Position numbers and translations under genes: made by a program. From the NCBI GenBank assembly GCA_040220235.1, contig JAVJTO010000124.1: 19,360 nt of DNA; one strand, 5' to 3'. The notes beneath the pieces were generated by a model. The model did no database searches. It was not told where the DNA came from and worked only from the letters and a program-made list of their open reading frames with translations. This document shows positions 1-8,276 of the stretch, in pieces (within the stretch, counting starts at the first letter, position 1; each line of letters opens with the position of its first letter). Origin of the DNA: Coleofasciculus sp. B1-GNL1-01 (GTDB lineage: Bacteria; Cyanobacteriota; Cyanobacteriia; Cyanobacteriales; Coleofasciculaceae).

Positions 1-141
1 CATTAATTTGGAGATAGCCGCCAGTTAGGTGGTGTTAGCTTGTGGACTGGTTGAGTGCCGACACCGCCAGGATGAAGCAGGAAGTAAGTTCCAGGGATGT
101 CCATTTGTGGGTAGCTTTGGGTAAGTCTTATGTAACGGATA

Positions 142-166
142 ATAACGTTTGTTCAAAACCCGCCCT
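142..166. repeat. Half copy of GTAG-type REP-like element
   Basis: ATAACGTTTGTTCAAAACCCGCCCT matches the reverse complement of 19118-19142 at 24/25 nt. Confidence 0.7.
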
Positions 167-226
167 GACATGACCCTTCACGTTCATAATAGGTTGTCAA
201 GACAACAGGTTGGTCAAGGTTGCGTC

Positions 227-556
227 ATGGCATTATTTTTAATAACATCTGTATGTGATGAAGGCGTTTACGAAAGCAACTTTAAGGTTGTTGAGGCTGA
301 ATCGAAAGAAGCGATCGCTCAAGATATGCTCGATAATCCCTATCGGTGGGAACAATTTCTACGCAGTACTACTGTATGGTGGGATTTGACGTACTATGAG
401 TATAAGTATGGGGAACCACGAGGCTGGAGTCCCAAAGAGCTCCTGGAGCAGATTGATAGTACCTATGTTGATGGAGATAGTTATTTCCAAGTCCGAATCC
501 ATGAAATTAAGACGATAGAAAAGGTTCGTGATAAATCCGGACAAGATGCTAGCTAG
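227..556 (+). CDS. Hypothetical protein (~109 aa, acidic)
   Basis: ORF track 149..556. The TTG start overlaps a REP remnant, so the in-frame ATG at 227 (MALFLITS...) is the more likely start. Protein-like composition; HIP1 at 311-318. Confidence 0.65.
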   Translation: MALFLITSVCDEGVYESNFKVVEAESKEAIAQDMLDNPYRWEQFLRSTTVWWDLTYYEYKYGEPRGWSPKELLEQIDSTYVDGDSYFQVRIHEIKTIEKVRDKSGQDAS

Positions 557-598
557 ATAAGGTTTGCTGTCTTGTCGTGAGGGTAGGTGTTAGGTATT

Positions 599-812
599 GA
601 TAGCACTACGAGGACACATTAGGACATCAGTTTATCCCCAGAGGAAACTGCTTAACAGGGAACTCTTAACAGTAAAGCACTACGCATTAAGGTTAGGACA
701 ATACAATTGGGTGAAAAGGCAACAGGGAACAGGCAATAGGCAACAGGGGAATGTCTTAACGTATCCCCGTAGGGCTATAAAGAATGTCCTAACCTGTCTT
801 AGTACTGCTATA
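599..812. repeat. Cluster of four 28-bp related sites (two forward, two inverted) enclosing heptamer repeats; MITE-like ends
   Basis: 599-626 GATAGCACTACGAGGACACATTAGGACA; 673-700 TAAAGCACTACGCATTAAGGTTAGGACA; rc(752-779) TATAGCCCTACGGGGATACGTTAAGACA; rc(785-812) TATAGCAGTACTAAGACAGGTTAGGACA. AGG(C/G)AA(C/T) heptamers at ~717-747. Confidence 0.75.
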
Positions 813-814
813 TT

Positions 815-864
815 AGTCCATTTTAATGGACTTAAGCTTTTAGCCAAGAACTTGAGTTCTTGGC
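815..864. repeat. Double-hairpin REP-like element
   Basis: Perfect stems AGTCCATT-tt-AATGGACT (815-832) and GCCAAGAACT-tg-AGTTCTTGGC (843-864). Confidence 0.65.
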
Positions 865-987
865 GGGTGTCGAGGCTTACTGACAAAGGTGTATGATATC
901 AGGTCAACGTTTCTTTTGTCCTCAAATATAACTCAACCCGATCCTTAGACAAGAACCTTTTAGCGAATGACCAAGGGCAAATGACCA

Positions 988-2547
988 TCAACTCCTGGGA
1001 CGCCCCAGCGTAGTAATATAAAGAACCGCCTCATCTGGAGGAATCCCCAAAACCTCATTCACTTGCTGATCAAAGAACCCGCCAATACCACTCACCCCCA
1101 ACGTTAAATAAATCGCCGCTAAATTGAGCCGTTGTCCTAAATGTCCCGCATCCAAATGCAGGTAACGATAAGCGCGATCGCCATACTTGGCGACAGCTTT
1201 TTTCAAGTCTGCTGTGTGAAAGAGAACCACACTGGCATCCCGCCCTAACTCTTGTCCTAAGCACAAAAAATGTAATTCCCGCCGGAAGTTTTTAAAGCGG
1301 ATTTGCCGCAATTCTTGCGCTTTTGGTGCATAATAATAGCAGCCTTCGTCTAAACCCGCCACTCCAGAAATTGCCACAAAGGTTTCAATTAAACTCAGAT
1401 CAAAATAATCAGGAGAACTATCAAATCCTTGTTCGCTGTAGTGTTGGGGTTGATAGGTGAAATCGAGTAGCAATTTAAGTTCATCTAAGGATAACGGCGC
1501 ACCCGTATAAGCGCGAGTTGATCGCCGTTTTAGAATCGTATTTTCCAAAGCTTGAGGCGCATATCCTTCCCCGGTAACACTACCCCATTGAATCGGTGAT
1601 GTAGTCGTAGAGATTTTGGTACAGAAGGGAAAATTATACTTGTCTTCACCTACCTTTTCTGACTCTAATTCTTCAGATGGTGGCGATTCGATTTCCTGCT
1701 TATCTGTCGGTTCAATTTGCGTCGCTTGATGCAGGTAAGCCAGCAATTCTCCATCAGGAAGTTCGGGATAGTCAAACTGCGTCGCTGACGGTAAAGCAGT
1801 GGGCTGAGAGGGCTTGCTTTGTCCCTGAAATTGATCCGCGAGGGGAACCACTGCGATCGCGCTTTCTTGTTCCGGGTTAAGATAAAGCAGATCATTCACC
1901 TTCTGATCCACAAAGCCACCAATCAGAGAGGGGCGATACCCGGTTAACGCACCCGCCAGTTCAATATTGCCCAACAAATGACCCGTATCCAGAAACACTC
2001 GCCGATAGGCACGGTCTTCATAGCGCCAAGCTGAACGATAAAATATAGCGGTGGTGACGATTGCCAGTTCCGTTGTCTCTAAGCTAGGATGCTGAAAACA
2101 AGCCTCTTGTAGACCTGACCAAACCTCGCTATCCCAAAAGCGCACTAGAGAATGGCTAGGACACTGATAGTTATACAGTCCTGGAGCTAATATAGAAGTC
2201 CCACTGGAAATTAAATAGACTTCCGCCGGATACAATCCCCCGGCTGAAGGTGCCGCCCTTAAATAAACCGGAGGTCCAATCATGGTTGCCATCTTAGCCG
2301 TTAAGCCATAGCTGCACAAGAGCAATCGTGACAACCGCCACCAACTTTTACCGGGTTCCTGGGTAAACGCCTGGAGATCTTCTTTGAGATAAGGCTTTAG
2401 ATCAATGGTCGTTCCTAGTTTATACTCTTTAAAGGGGATCGGTTGATTATCCCAGTCTAATCGCTTATTTTTGGACGCGATCGTCTCCGGATCGTATTTG
2501 GTGCGCTCGTGATAATGTTGCGCGATCGATAATTGTGGGTTTGACAT
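988..2547 (-). CDS. SagB/ThcOx-family dehydrogenase (two nitroreductase domains)
   Basis: 519 aa. Motifs YHERTKY, RAAPSAGGLYPAEVY, WRYEDRAYRRVFLDTGH; second domain RRSTRAY...KYGDRAYRYLHLDAGH...GIGGFFD. Confidence 0.9.
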   Translation of the reverse strand: MSNPQLSIAQHYHERTKYDPETIASKNKRLDWDNQPIPFKEYKLGTTIDLKPYLKEDLQAFTQEPGKSWWRLSRLLLCSYGLTAKMATMIGPPVYLRAAPSAGGLYPAEVYLISSGTSILAPGLYNYQCPSHSLVRFWDSEVWSGLQEACFQHPSLETTELAIVTTAIFYRSAWRYEDRAYRRVFLDTGHLLGNIELAGALTGYRPSLIGGFVDQKVNDLLYLNPEQESAIAVVPLADQFQGQSKPSQPTALPSATQFDYPELPDGELLAYLHQATQIEPTDKQEIESPPSEELESEKVGEDKYNFPFCTKISTTTSPIQWGSVTGEGYAPQALENTILKRRSTRAYTGAPLSLDELKLLLDFTYQPQHYSEQGFDSSPDYFDLSLIETFVAISGVAGLDEGCYYYAPKAQELRQIRFKNFRRELHFLCLGQELGRDASVVLFHTADLKKAVAKYGDRAYRYLHLDAGHLGQRLNLAAIYLTLGVSGIGGFFDQQVNEVLGIPPDEAVLYITTLGRPRS

Positions 2548-2920
2548 AGTTTTTTCAGGATAGTATTCGATTTGGCTTTTATCTAGAAGTTCTTAATATA
2601 GCTATCGTTATCCTAATTCGTAGCTGGTATATCTCGTTCCTATACAGCATGGGTGGGGGGGTTGACTTATGAGTTAATCATTTCCACCCTCGATAATAAA
2701 ACATTTCTACCTAGAACACCAAACCGACGTTCATGATTAGTAGGATGAAAGAATATCGTCTTTTAGATACCGACAAACCCAGTTGATTAGCCCTGATTTT
2801 GAAGACTTAACTAATACTCTCAAGTCAGGTTGTCTTCTATCATATAAACCTTGACTTGTCAATCTACATTAAGTGTCAAATATAAATCTTGATAATCCTT
2901 AAAAAAAAAATTAGAAAAAA

Positions 2921-2936
2921 TGTAGCTGTCGCTACA
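2921..2936. promoter_or_regulatory. Putative NtcA-binding site (TGTA-N8-TACA)
   Basis: TGTAGCTGTCGCTACA is a full consensus match, preceded by A-tracts, in the divergent intergenic region ~105 nt upstream of the pentapeptide gene. Confidence 0.5.
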
Positions 2937-3040
2937 ATGCCTTACAATTAATACAGGGTTTTAATCATAAATCTATAGTGACCTTATCAGGCAGATTAAA
3001 TTGAGAAGAGGAAGCAGAACCTTCCAGAGTCACAGAGCAG

Positions 3041-3607
3041 ATGGAGAAGATTGGTAAAACAGAGTTACTGACTCAATATGCTAAGGGGAGACGCGACTTC
3101 AGTGCAATTGATATCAGTGAGTCAGACTTATTTGAAGCGGATCTACAAGGTATTAAGTTGAATGGCTCTTACTTACAAAAGAGTTATCTGCCTTACTCTA
3201 ACCTCAGTCAAGCCCAACTTCAACAAGCTCAATTACAAGCTGCTGAGTTGAGCGATGCTAAACTATGCCAGAGTAATCTATCTCAGGCAAATTTACAACA
3301 AGCGAATTTATCAAGAGCAACATTACGTCATGCCAATTTACGGGGTGCTAATTTAGCACACGCAAACTTGCAAGGGGCTGATTTAGGCAATGCTGATCTA
3401 AGAGATGCGAATTTGAATTATGCTAACTTAAGCGGTGCTAATTTAACTCTGACGAATTTAAGTCAAGCTCAGTTAAAGGGAGCAATTTTTTTTCGCAGTC
3501 ATAATGTTAATTTTTCTAATGCTTATGTCGATTGTTCAACTATTTATCCAGATGGACATCGACATGATTGTAAAGCATCTGGGTTAAACTGTGAATCAGA
3601 AGCTTAA
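3041..3607 (+). CDS. Pentapeptide repeat protein
   Basis: N-terminal ELLTQYAKGRRDF cap followed by tandem A(N/D)Lxx repeats (ANLQQANLSRATLRHANLRGANLAHANLQGADL). Confidence 0.92.
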   Translation: MEKIGKTELLTQYAKGRRDFSAIDISESDLFEADLQGIKLNGSYLQKSYLPYSNLSQAQLQQAQLQAAELSDAKLCQSNLSQANLQQANLSRATLRHANLRGANLAHANLQGADLGNADLRDANLNYANLSGANLTLTNLSQAQLKGAIFFRSHNVNFSNAYVDCSTIYPDGHRHDCKASGLNCESEA

Positions 3608-3793
3608 GCCAGGAAATCAATTTAAAAGCTAAAGTAAGCTAAAGCTTACTGTATTTAATTTTACGTTATGATGATAAAGAAAAGTCATTTATTTTGGTCA
3701 AAAGCTTGCTAGATAAAGCTTTGCTTGTTTCCTGCTTTCTGTTAAGGGTTCCCTAAAAACGAGGGTTTCCATCACAAGTACCTAAGAACCATA

Positions 3794-5104
3794 ATGACTA
3801 AGATCCGGTTTATTGATTTATTTGCAGGCATAGGGGGTATACGCCTAGCCTTTGAACAAGCAGCTAACACCTTAAACCACAAAGTTGAATGTGTTTTAGC
3901 CAGTGAAATTAGTCCAGATTGTCAATGGGTTTACAAAAATAATTTTAACCATGAGGTATTAAGAGATATCCGAGCAATTAACCAATTACCGCCCCATGAG
4001 GTTTTATTGGCAGGTTTTCCTTGTCAGTCTTTTTCTTATGCAGGCAAGAAAGCAGGATTTGGAGACACGAGAGGAACATTGTTTTTTGAAATATTGAGAT
4101 TAATCGATACCTGTAAACCTCAAGCCTTGATTTTTGAAAATGTTCGCGGTCTTTATAGTCATGATGGGGGTAGAACGTTAGAAACAATCAAGCATGAACT
4201 TAAAAGCCGAGGCTATAGCTTTGATACATTTCTGCTAAATAGTGCTAATTTTGGATTACCGCAAAACCGGGTTCGCCTGTACATGGTCGGTATTTTAGGC
4301 GCTTTGCCAAAATTCGAGTTAATTTCTGATGTTAGTCCGCCCGATTCCCATTCTTATAATTATCAGCAGCTATCCTTATTTAATCCCTTGAGCAAACCAG
4401 TTGCTGTGGCTGATATATTAGAAGATAATCCTGACTCTAAATATGATTGTTCCCCGGAGTTTGTTGAAGCTCTAAAAAGTCGATTAAACAATAATTTGAA
4501 TCAATTGCATGGTCGGCGGCTGATTGATTATCGTGGCGGAAATTCTCTGCACTCCTGGGAACTGGGTTTACGGGGAAAATGTAGTTCGGAAGAAATTGAG
4601 TTAATGAATCGTTTTATTTTGAAGCGCCGGAATAAAGTATTCGGTCGTAATCAAGATGGTAAGTTGCTTAGTCTGGAGCAAATTGCTAGCTTTTTCAATC
4701 ATCCCCATCTGGAACAGATTCTTGACTCACTCGTGGCTAAAAAATATTTACAAATTGTTGATGGTAAATATAAGCCTGTATCGGGAAACTTCTCGTTTGA
4801 AGTTTACAAGTTTTTAGATCCCCGGAAAATATCAGTCACGTTGGTTGCTAGCGATGCCAATCGATTAGGAATTTATCACAATGATCGGGTTCGGAGAATC
4901 ACACCGCGAGAAGCCGCACGTCTCCAGGGATTTCCCGATGAGTTTATTTTGCATAGTAACGATGATAAAGCGTACTATCAGTTGGGTAATTCTGTCAGTA
5001 TCAATGTTGTGAAAGCGGTCGCCCGCGACGTTATTTTGAATACATTATCATGTCAACACAGCAACAAAAGTCTGATGACGCTCAACTCTCTATCTGGAAA
5101 GTGA
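3794..5104 (+). CDS. dcm: DNA (cytosine-5)-methyltransferase, M.BanI/M.HgiCI-like (probable GGYRCC), orphan
   Basis: Motif I IDLFAGIGG, IV GFPCQ, VI FENV, VIII QNRVR, IX RRITPREAARLQGFP, X GNSV. The variable region (RLIDYRGGNSLHSWELG, QDGK, SFEVYKFLDP) resembles M.BanI/M.HgiCI as recalled. Confidence 0.93.
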   Translation: MTKIRFIDLFAGIGGIRLAFEQAANTLNHKVECVLASEISPDCQWVYKNNFNHEVLRDIRAINQLPPHEVLLAGFPCQSFSYAGKKAGFGDTRGTLFFEILRLIDTCKPQALIFENVRGLYSHDGGRTLETIKHELKSRGYSFDTFLLNSANFGLPQNRVRLYMVGILGALPKFELISDVSPPDSHSYNYQQLSLFNPLSKPVAVADILEDNPDSKYDCSPEFVEALKSRLNNNLNQLHGRRLIDYRGGNSLHSWELGLRGKCSSEEIELMNRFILKRRNKVFGRNQDGKLLSLEQIASFFNHPHLEQILDSLVAKKYLQIVDGKYKPVSGNFSFEVYKFLDPRKISVTLVASDANRLGIYHNDRVRRITPREAARLQGFPDEFILHSNDDKAYYQLGNSVSINVVKAVARDVILNTLSCQHSNKSLMTLNSLSGK

Positions 5105-5154
5105 TTATTGGGAACATATCAAGTTTGCACCAAATGTTCAAGCTAACCAAGGGA

Positions 5155-5183
5155 GTTGGGTTTCGTTCCTCAACCCAACCTAC
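5155..5183 (-). repeat. GTAG-type REP-like hairpin
   Basis: Reverse complement is GTAG-GTTGGGTT-GAGGAACGA-AACCCAAC, with an 8-bp inverted repeat. Confidence 0.75.
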
Positions 5184-5301
5184 AACGGTGATTTTCGGCG
5201 CGATCGCGTTTACTATCTTGAGTTACTTTAGCTTTACAGGTAGCGCAGTTGCGGCTAATCTGCACTCCTGTTCTAATTTAGCAAAGGGTAGTATTATAAC
5301 G

Positions 5302-5688
5302 ATGATTTCACCCAATACCAAACCCATCGAATCAACGATTCCAGACCTGATTCAACGGCAAGCGCAAGCTTGGGAAACGGCGGATTCCGATAAACTTATC
5401 GCTGATTTTGCCGAAGATAGTGTATTTATTGTCCCCGGTTCTCGATTCAGGGGTAAACAGGAAATTAAAGCAGCAGCGGACGATTATTTTGCCCAAGTGA
5501 CAGAAACTAACATAACTATTAATACAATAATTGTTCAGGGAAATAAAGGAGCCGTGGAATGGATTTGGCGTCAACGGAACAAAGAAACAGGTGAACTGTC
5601 AAAAGCTGAGGATGCCATTATCTTTGAACTTGAGCAGGGAAAAATTAAATACTGGCGAGAATATATGGATAATAAATCTCAAGTATGA
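5302..5688 (+). CDS. NTF2-like/SnoaL-family protein
   Basis: QAWETAD...FAEDSVF...G..EI...GAVEW.W...DAIIFE..QGKI.YWREYMD pattern. The ORF track starts at 5050, but that extension overlaps the MTase and reads through a REP; ATG 5302 is preferred. Confidence 0.85.
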   Translation: MISPNTKPIESTIPDLIQRQAQAWETADSDKLIADFAEDSVFIVPGSRFRGKQEIKAAADDYFAQVTETNITINTIIVQGNKGAVEWIWRQRNKETGELSKAEDAIIFELEQGKIKYWREYMDNKSQV

Positions 5689-5794
5689 CAAATGACAAAT
5701 GACAAATGACAAATGACAAATGACCAATGACCAATGACCAATGACAAATGACCAATGACCAATGACCAATGACAAATGACCAATGACCAATGAC
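5686..5794 (+). repeat. STRR2-type heptamer array (TGAC[A/C]AA)x15.5
   Basis: 15 full units plus TGAC. Reverse complement TT(G/T)GTCA is the cyanobacterial STRR2 unit. The first TGA is the stop codon of the NTF2 gene. Confidence 0.95.
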
Positions 5795-5797
5795 GAT

Positions 5798-5832
5798 CCC
5801 CGCCGTTAACCTTTCTTGCACCAACCTACTTA
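5798..5832 (-). repeat. TAAGTAGG-ended dispersed repeat end
   Basis: CCCCGCCGTTAACCTTTCTTGCACCAACCTACTT matches 8360-8393 at 27/34. 5819-5832 is a perfect 14-bp inverted copy of 8270-8283. Confidence 0.7.
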
Positions 5833-6894
5833 ACCATGTTTAGGTCGTCGTAGCCAGTGAGAACGCAGGGGACTGAGGACACGGTTGAGTAGGCGAATTT
5901 GTTCGGCTGTCCCCATGCAGATGAGTACATCTCCAGATAGTAGGGGGGTTTCACCATTAGGTCCAGCAATCAGATTGCCATCGGCGCGGCGAATTGCCAA
6001 AACTAATGCCCCGGTTTGCGATCGCAAATGGGCTTCCCGTAGGGTTTTGCCAATAAAAGGACAGCTTGAGGGGTCAAGCAGAAACTCTTCCATGTAAAAT
6101 GAACGATCAGCCCCGGTGATAATCCCATCTACAAAGTCCATGACCTGGGGTCTCAAGGCAGCCGATGCCATGCGCTTACCCCCGGTGATGTAGGGAGACA
6201 CCACCGCATCTGCACCCGCACGTTGAAGCTTTTTCACGGCGTCTTCAGAACTCGCCCGGGCAATGGCGCGGATTTTGGGATTGAGGGTTTTGGCAGAGAG
6301 GATGGTATACAGATTTTCTGCATCAGAGGGTAACGCCGCCACCAAACAAATTGCCTTGTCGATACTCACCGCATGTAGAGTATTATCCAAAGTAGCATCC
6401 CCTTGGGCAACAATGTAACCCAACTCCCGCGCCTCTTCTACCTGATCAGCTTGAGAGTCGATGATGACAAATGGAATCCCCTCAGCTTTAAATTCTAGGG
6501 CAATCTGACGCCCTGTACGCCCAAAGCCGCAGAGGATATAGTGGTTGGTTAAGGTATCAATCAAGCGTCGTCGTTGCCTCAGTCGAATTCCTTGTTGAAA
6601 GTAGCCTTGAATTAGGGCTTCTGTAAAGCGATTGACAATATAACCAATGGCGATAAGACCCATTAAAATCAGGGAAATGGTGAACAGGCGTCCGCGATCG
6701 CCTAGAGGATTTGTCTCGCCATAACCAACCGTCGCCAGAGTAATGATCGTCATGTAGGCAGCATCTGACCATGACCACCCTTCCACCAGTTTGTACCATA
6801 ACGTACCGATGAGAGCGACTCCCAAGAGGGCAAGTCCACCACCAATCAGTTCTTTCCGCAAGCGTTGATATTTCTCTTCTAGGGTTGAGTACAC
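5830..6894 (-). CDS. Potassium channel protein (2TM pore + TrkA-N/RCK + TrkA-C)
   Basis: Selectivity filter TLATVGYG between two TM helices; Rossmann motif ILCGFGRTG; AGADAVVSP; C-terminal RSQTGALVLAIRR TrkA-C domain. Confidence 0.93.
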   Translation of the reverse strand: MYSTLEEKYQRLRKELIGGGLALLGVALIGTLWYKLVEGWSWSDAAYMTIITLATVGYGETNPLGDRGRLFTISLILMGLIAIGYIVNRFTEALIQGYFQQGIRLRQRRRLIDTLTNHYILCGFGRTGRQIALEFKAEGIPFVIIDSQADQVEEARELGYIVAQGDATLDNTLHAVSIDKAICLVAALPSDAENLYTILSAKTLNPKIRAIARASSEDAVKKLQRAGADAVVSPYITGGKRMASAALRPQVMDFVDGIITGADRSFYMEEFLLDPSSCPFIGKTLREAHLRSQTGALVLAIRRADGNLIAGPNGETPLLSGDVLICMGTAEQIRLLNRVLSPLRSHWLRRPKHG

Positions 6895-6986
6895 GCAGAT
6901 GAATGATTGATAACTGTTCCCATCATTAAGCTATTTTCACAGTAAAATAAAATTTTTGCATTGCGTCCCTGGAGTAGAAAGAACGG

Positions 6987-8276
6987 ATGTTCATCCCAAA
7001 AATCGGTAAGCTGACCTGTTTATGCCTGAGTTTATTGATCCTGTTAACCGCTTGCAATCTTCCGGGAGAACAGTCAAGCAAAACCGTGACACTCATGGGT
7101 ACGCTAACCGGGAAAGGAATTCAAGAAGTGCAACAAGTGGTAGCCCCCTTTACCGAAGCGACGGGGATAAAGGTGAAGTATGAGGGAACGGATGCGTTCA
7201 CCACGGTGTTACCCGTGCGGGTTGACGCCGGAAATCCGCCGGATCTCGCCCTGTTCCCCCAACCTGGTTTAATGGCAGACTTTGCCAGAGATGGGAAACT
7301 GATACCCATTGAACAAATTTTGTCGTCCACCCAATTGTCAGAAGCCTTTTCTCAGAACTGGCTCAACTTAGCGCGGGTTGATGATACCCTCTACGGTATC
7401 TGGTATCGAATCTACCTGAAAAGTTTAGTCTGGTATAGCCCAGCCGCCTTTGCCGAAAAGGGGTATCAAATCCCCACCACCTGGGATGAAATGATGGCAT
7501 TATCTGACCAAATTGTGGCAGATGGGGGCGTTCCGTGGTGTATTGGTTTCGGCAGTGGTGAGGCAACGGGTTGGGCTGGCACAGACTGGATCGAGGATAT
7601 CATGCTGCGAACCGTGGAACCCCAGGTTTATGACCAATGGGTGAACCACGAAATTCCCTTCACTCATCCAACGGTTAAAAATGCTTTTGAAAAATTTGGT
7701 ACGATTGCTTTAAATCCTGACTATGTGGTCGGGGGTAAAACGGGTATTCAGAGTATTTTCTTTGGGGATTCACCTAAGCCACTTTTCGATCAACCGCCCG
7801 GATGTTATCTGCATCACCAAGCCACGTTTATCTCCTCATTTTTCCCCGATGATGTGGTGTTGGGAGAAGATGTTGATATTTTTATACTTCCCAGTATTGA
7901 TCCAGACTTAGGTGTGCCGTTGTTAGTGGGAGGGCAAATCATCGGCATGTTTAATGATACCCCAGAGGCACGGCAGTTAATGGAGTATTTGATTTCTGTG
8001 GAACCCCATGAAATTTTAGCCGGAATCAAAGGGTCAATCTCACCCCACAAACAGGTGAGTTTAGAGGTTTACCCTGACGAGGTAACCAAGCGTCAAGCTA
8101 AACTCTTATTATCTGACGATGAACTCATCCGCTACGACGCTTCCGATCTGCTTCCTGGAGCCGTAGGCACGGGGACATTCTGGACAGGTATTATAGATTA
8201 TGTTTCCGGGCAAGATTTGGATCGGATTTTGCAGACTATTGAGGCAAGTTTGTCGGATGCAAAAGCTGGTAAGTAG
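6987..8276 (+). CDS. Carbohydrate ABC transporter substrate-binding lipoprotein (GgtB/AglE alpha-glucoside type)
   Basis: Lipobox LLTAC; GNPPDLALFPQPG, KSLVWY, PWCIG..SG.ATGW.GTDWIEDIMLR, DASDL.PGAVG.G.FW motifs; GGAG RBS at 6971-6974. Confidence 0.88.
   Translation: MFIPKIGKLTCLCLSLLILLTACNLPGEQSSKTVTLMGTLTGKGIQEVQQVVAPFTEATGIKVKYEGTDAFTTVLPVRVDAGNPPDLALFPQPGLMADFARDGKLIPIEQILSSTQLSEAFSQNWLNLARVDDTLYGIWYRIYLKSLVWYSPAAFAEKGYQIPTTWDEMMALSDQIVADGGVPWCIGFGSGEATGWAGTDWIEDIMLRTVEPQVYDQWVNHEIPFTHPTVKNAFEKFGTIALNPDYVVGGKTGIQSIFFGDSPKPLFDQPPGCYLHHQATFISSFFPDDVVLGEDVDIFILPSIDPDLGVPLLVGGQIIGMFNDTPEARQLMEYLISVEPHEILAGIKGSISPHKQVSLEVYPDEVTKRQAKLLLSDDELIRYDASDLLPGAVGTGTFWTGIIDYVSGQDLDRILQTIEASLSDAKAGK

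Noticed and set aside
597..896. ORFs 597..896 (+) and 680..886 (-)
   Set aside because: They translate repeat DNA (QQGTGNRQQG comes from the heptamers) and show no protein-family features.
988..2547. SagB-type gene as part of a RiPP (TOMM/cyanobactin) cluster
   Set aside because: No YcaO cyclodehydratase, precursor peptide or exporter in the window; the double-domain form occurs as a stand-alone gene in cyanobacteria.
3794..5104. MTase as the HIP1-core (CGATCG) methylase, or as part of a complete R-M system
   Set aside because: The variable region resembles GGYRCC enzymes as recalled, and there is no adjacent endonuclease ORF.
5050..5301. N-terminal extension of the NTF2 protein
   Set aside because: It overlaps the MTase end and reads through a REP (GVGFRSSTQPT). 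Probably a chance open frame, although a hydrophobic signal-like stretch means it cannot be fully excluded.
5599..5790. 63-aa minus-strand ORF (VIGHWSL repeats)
   Set aside because: Translation of the STRR2 array.
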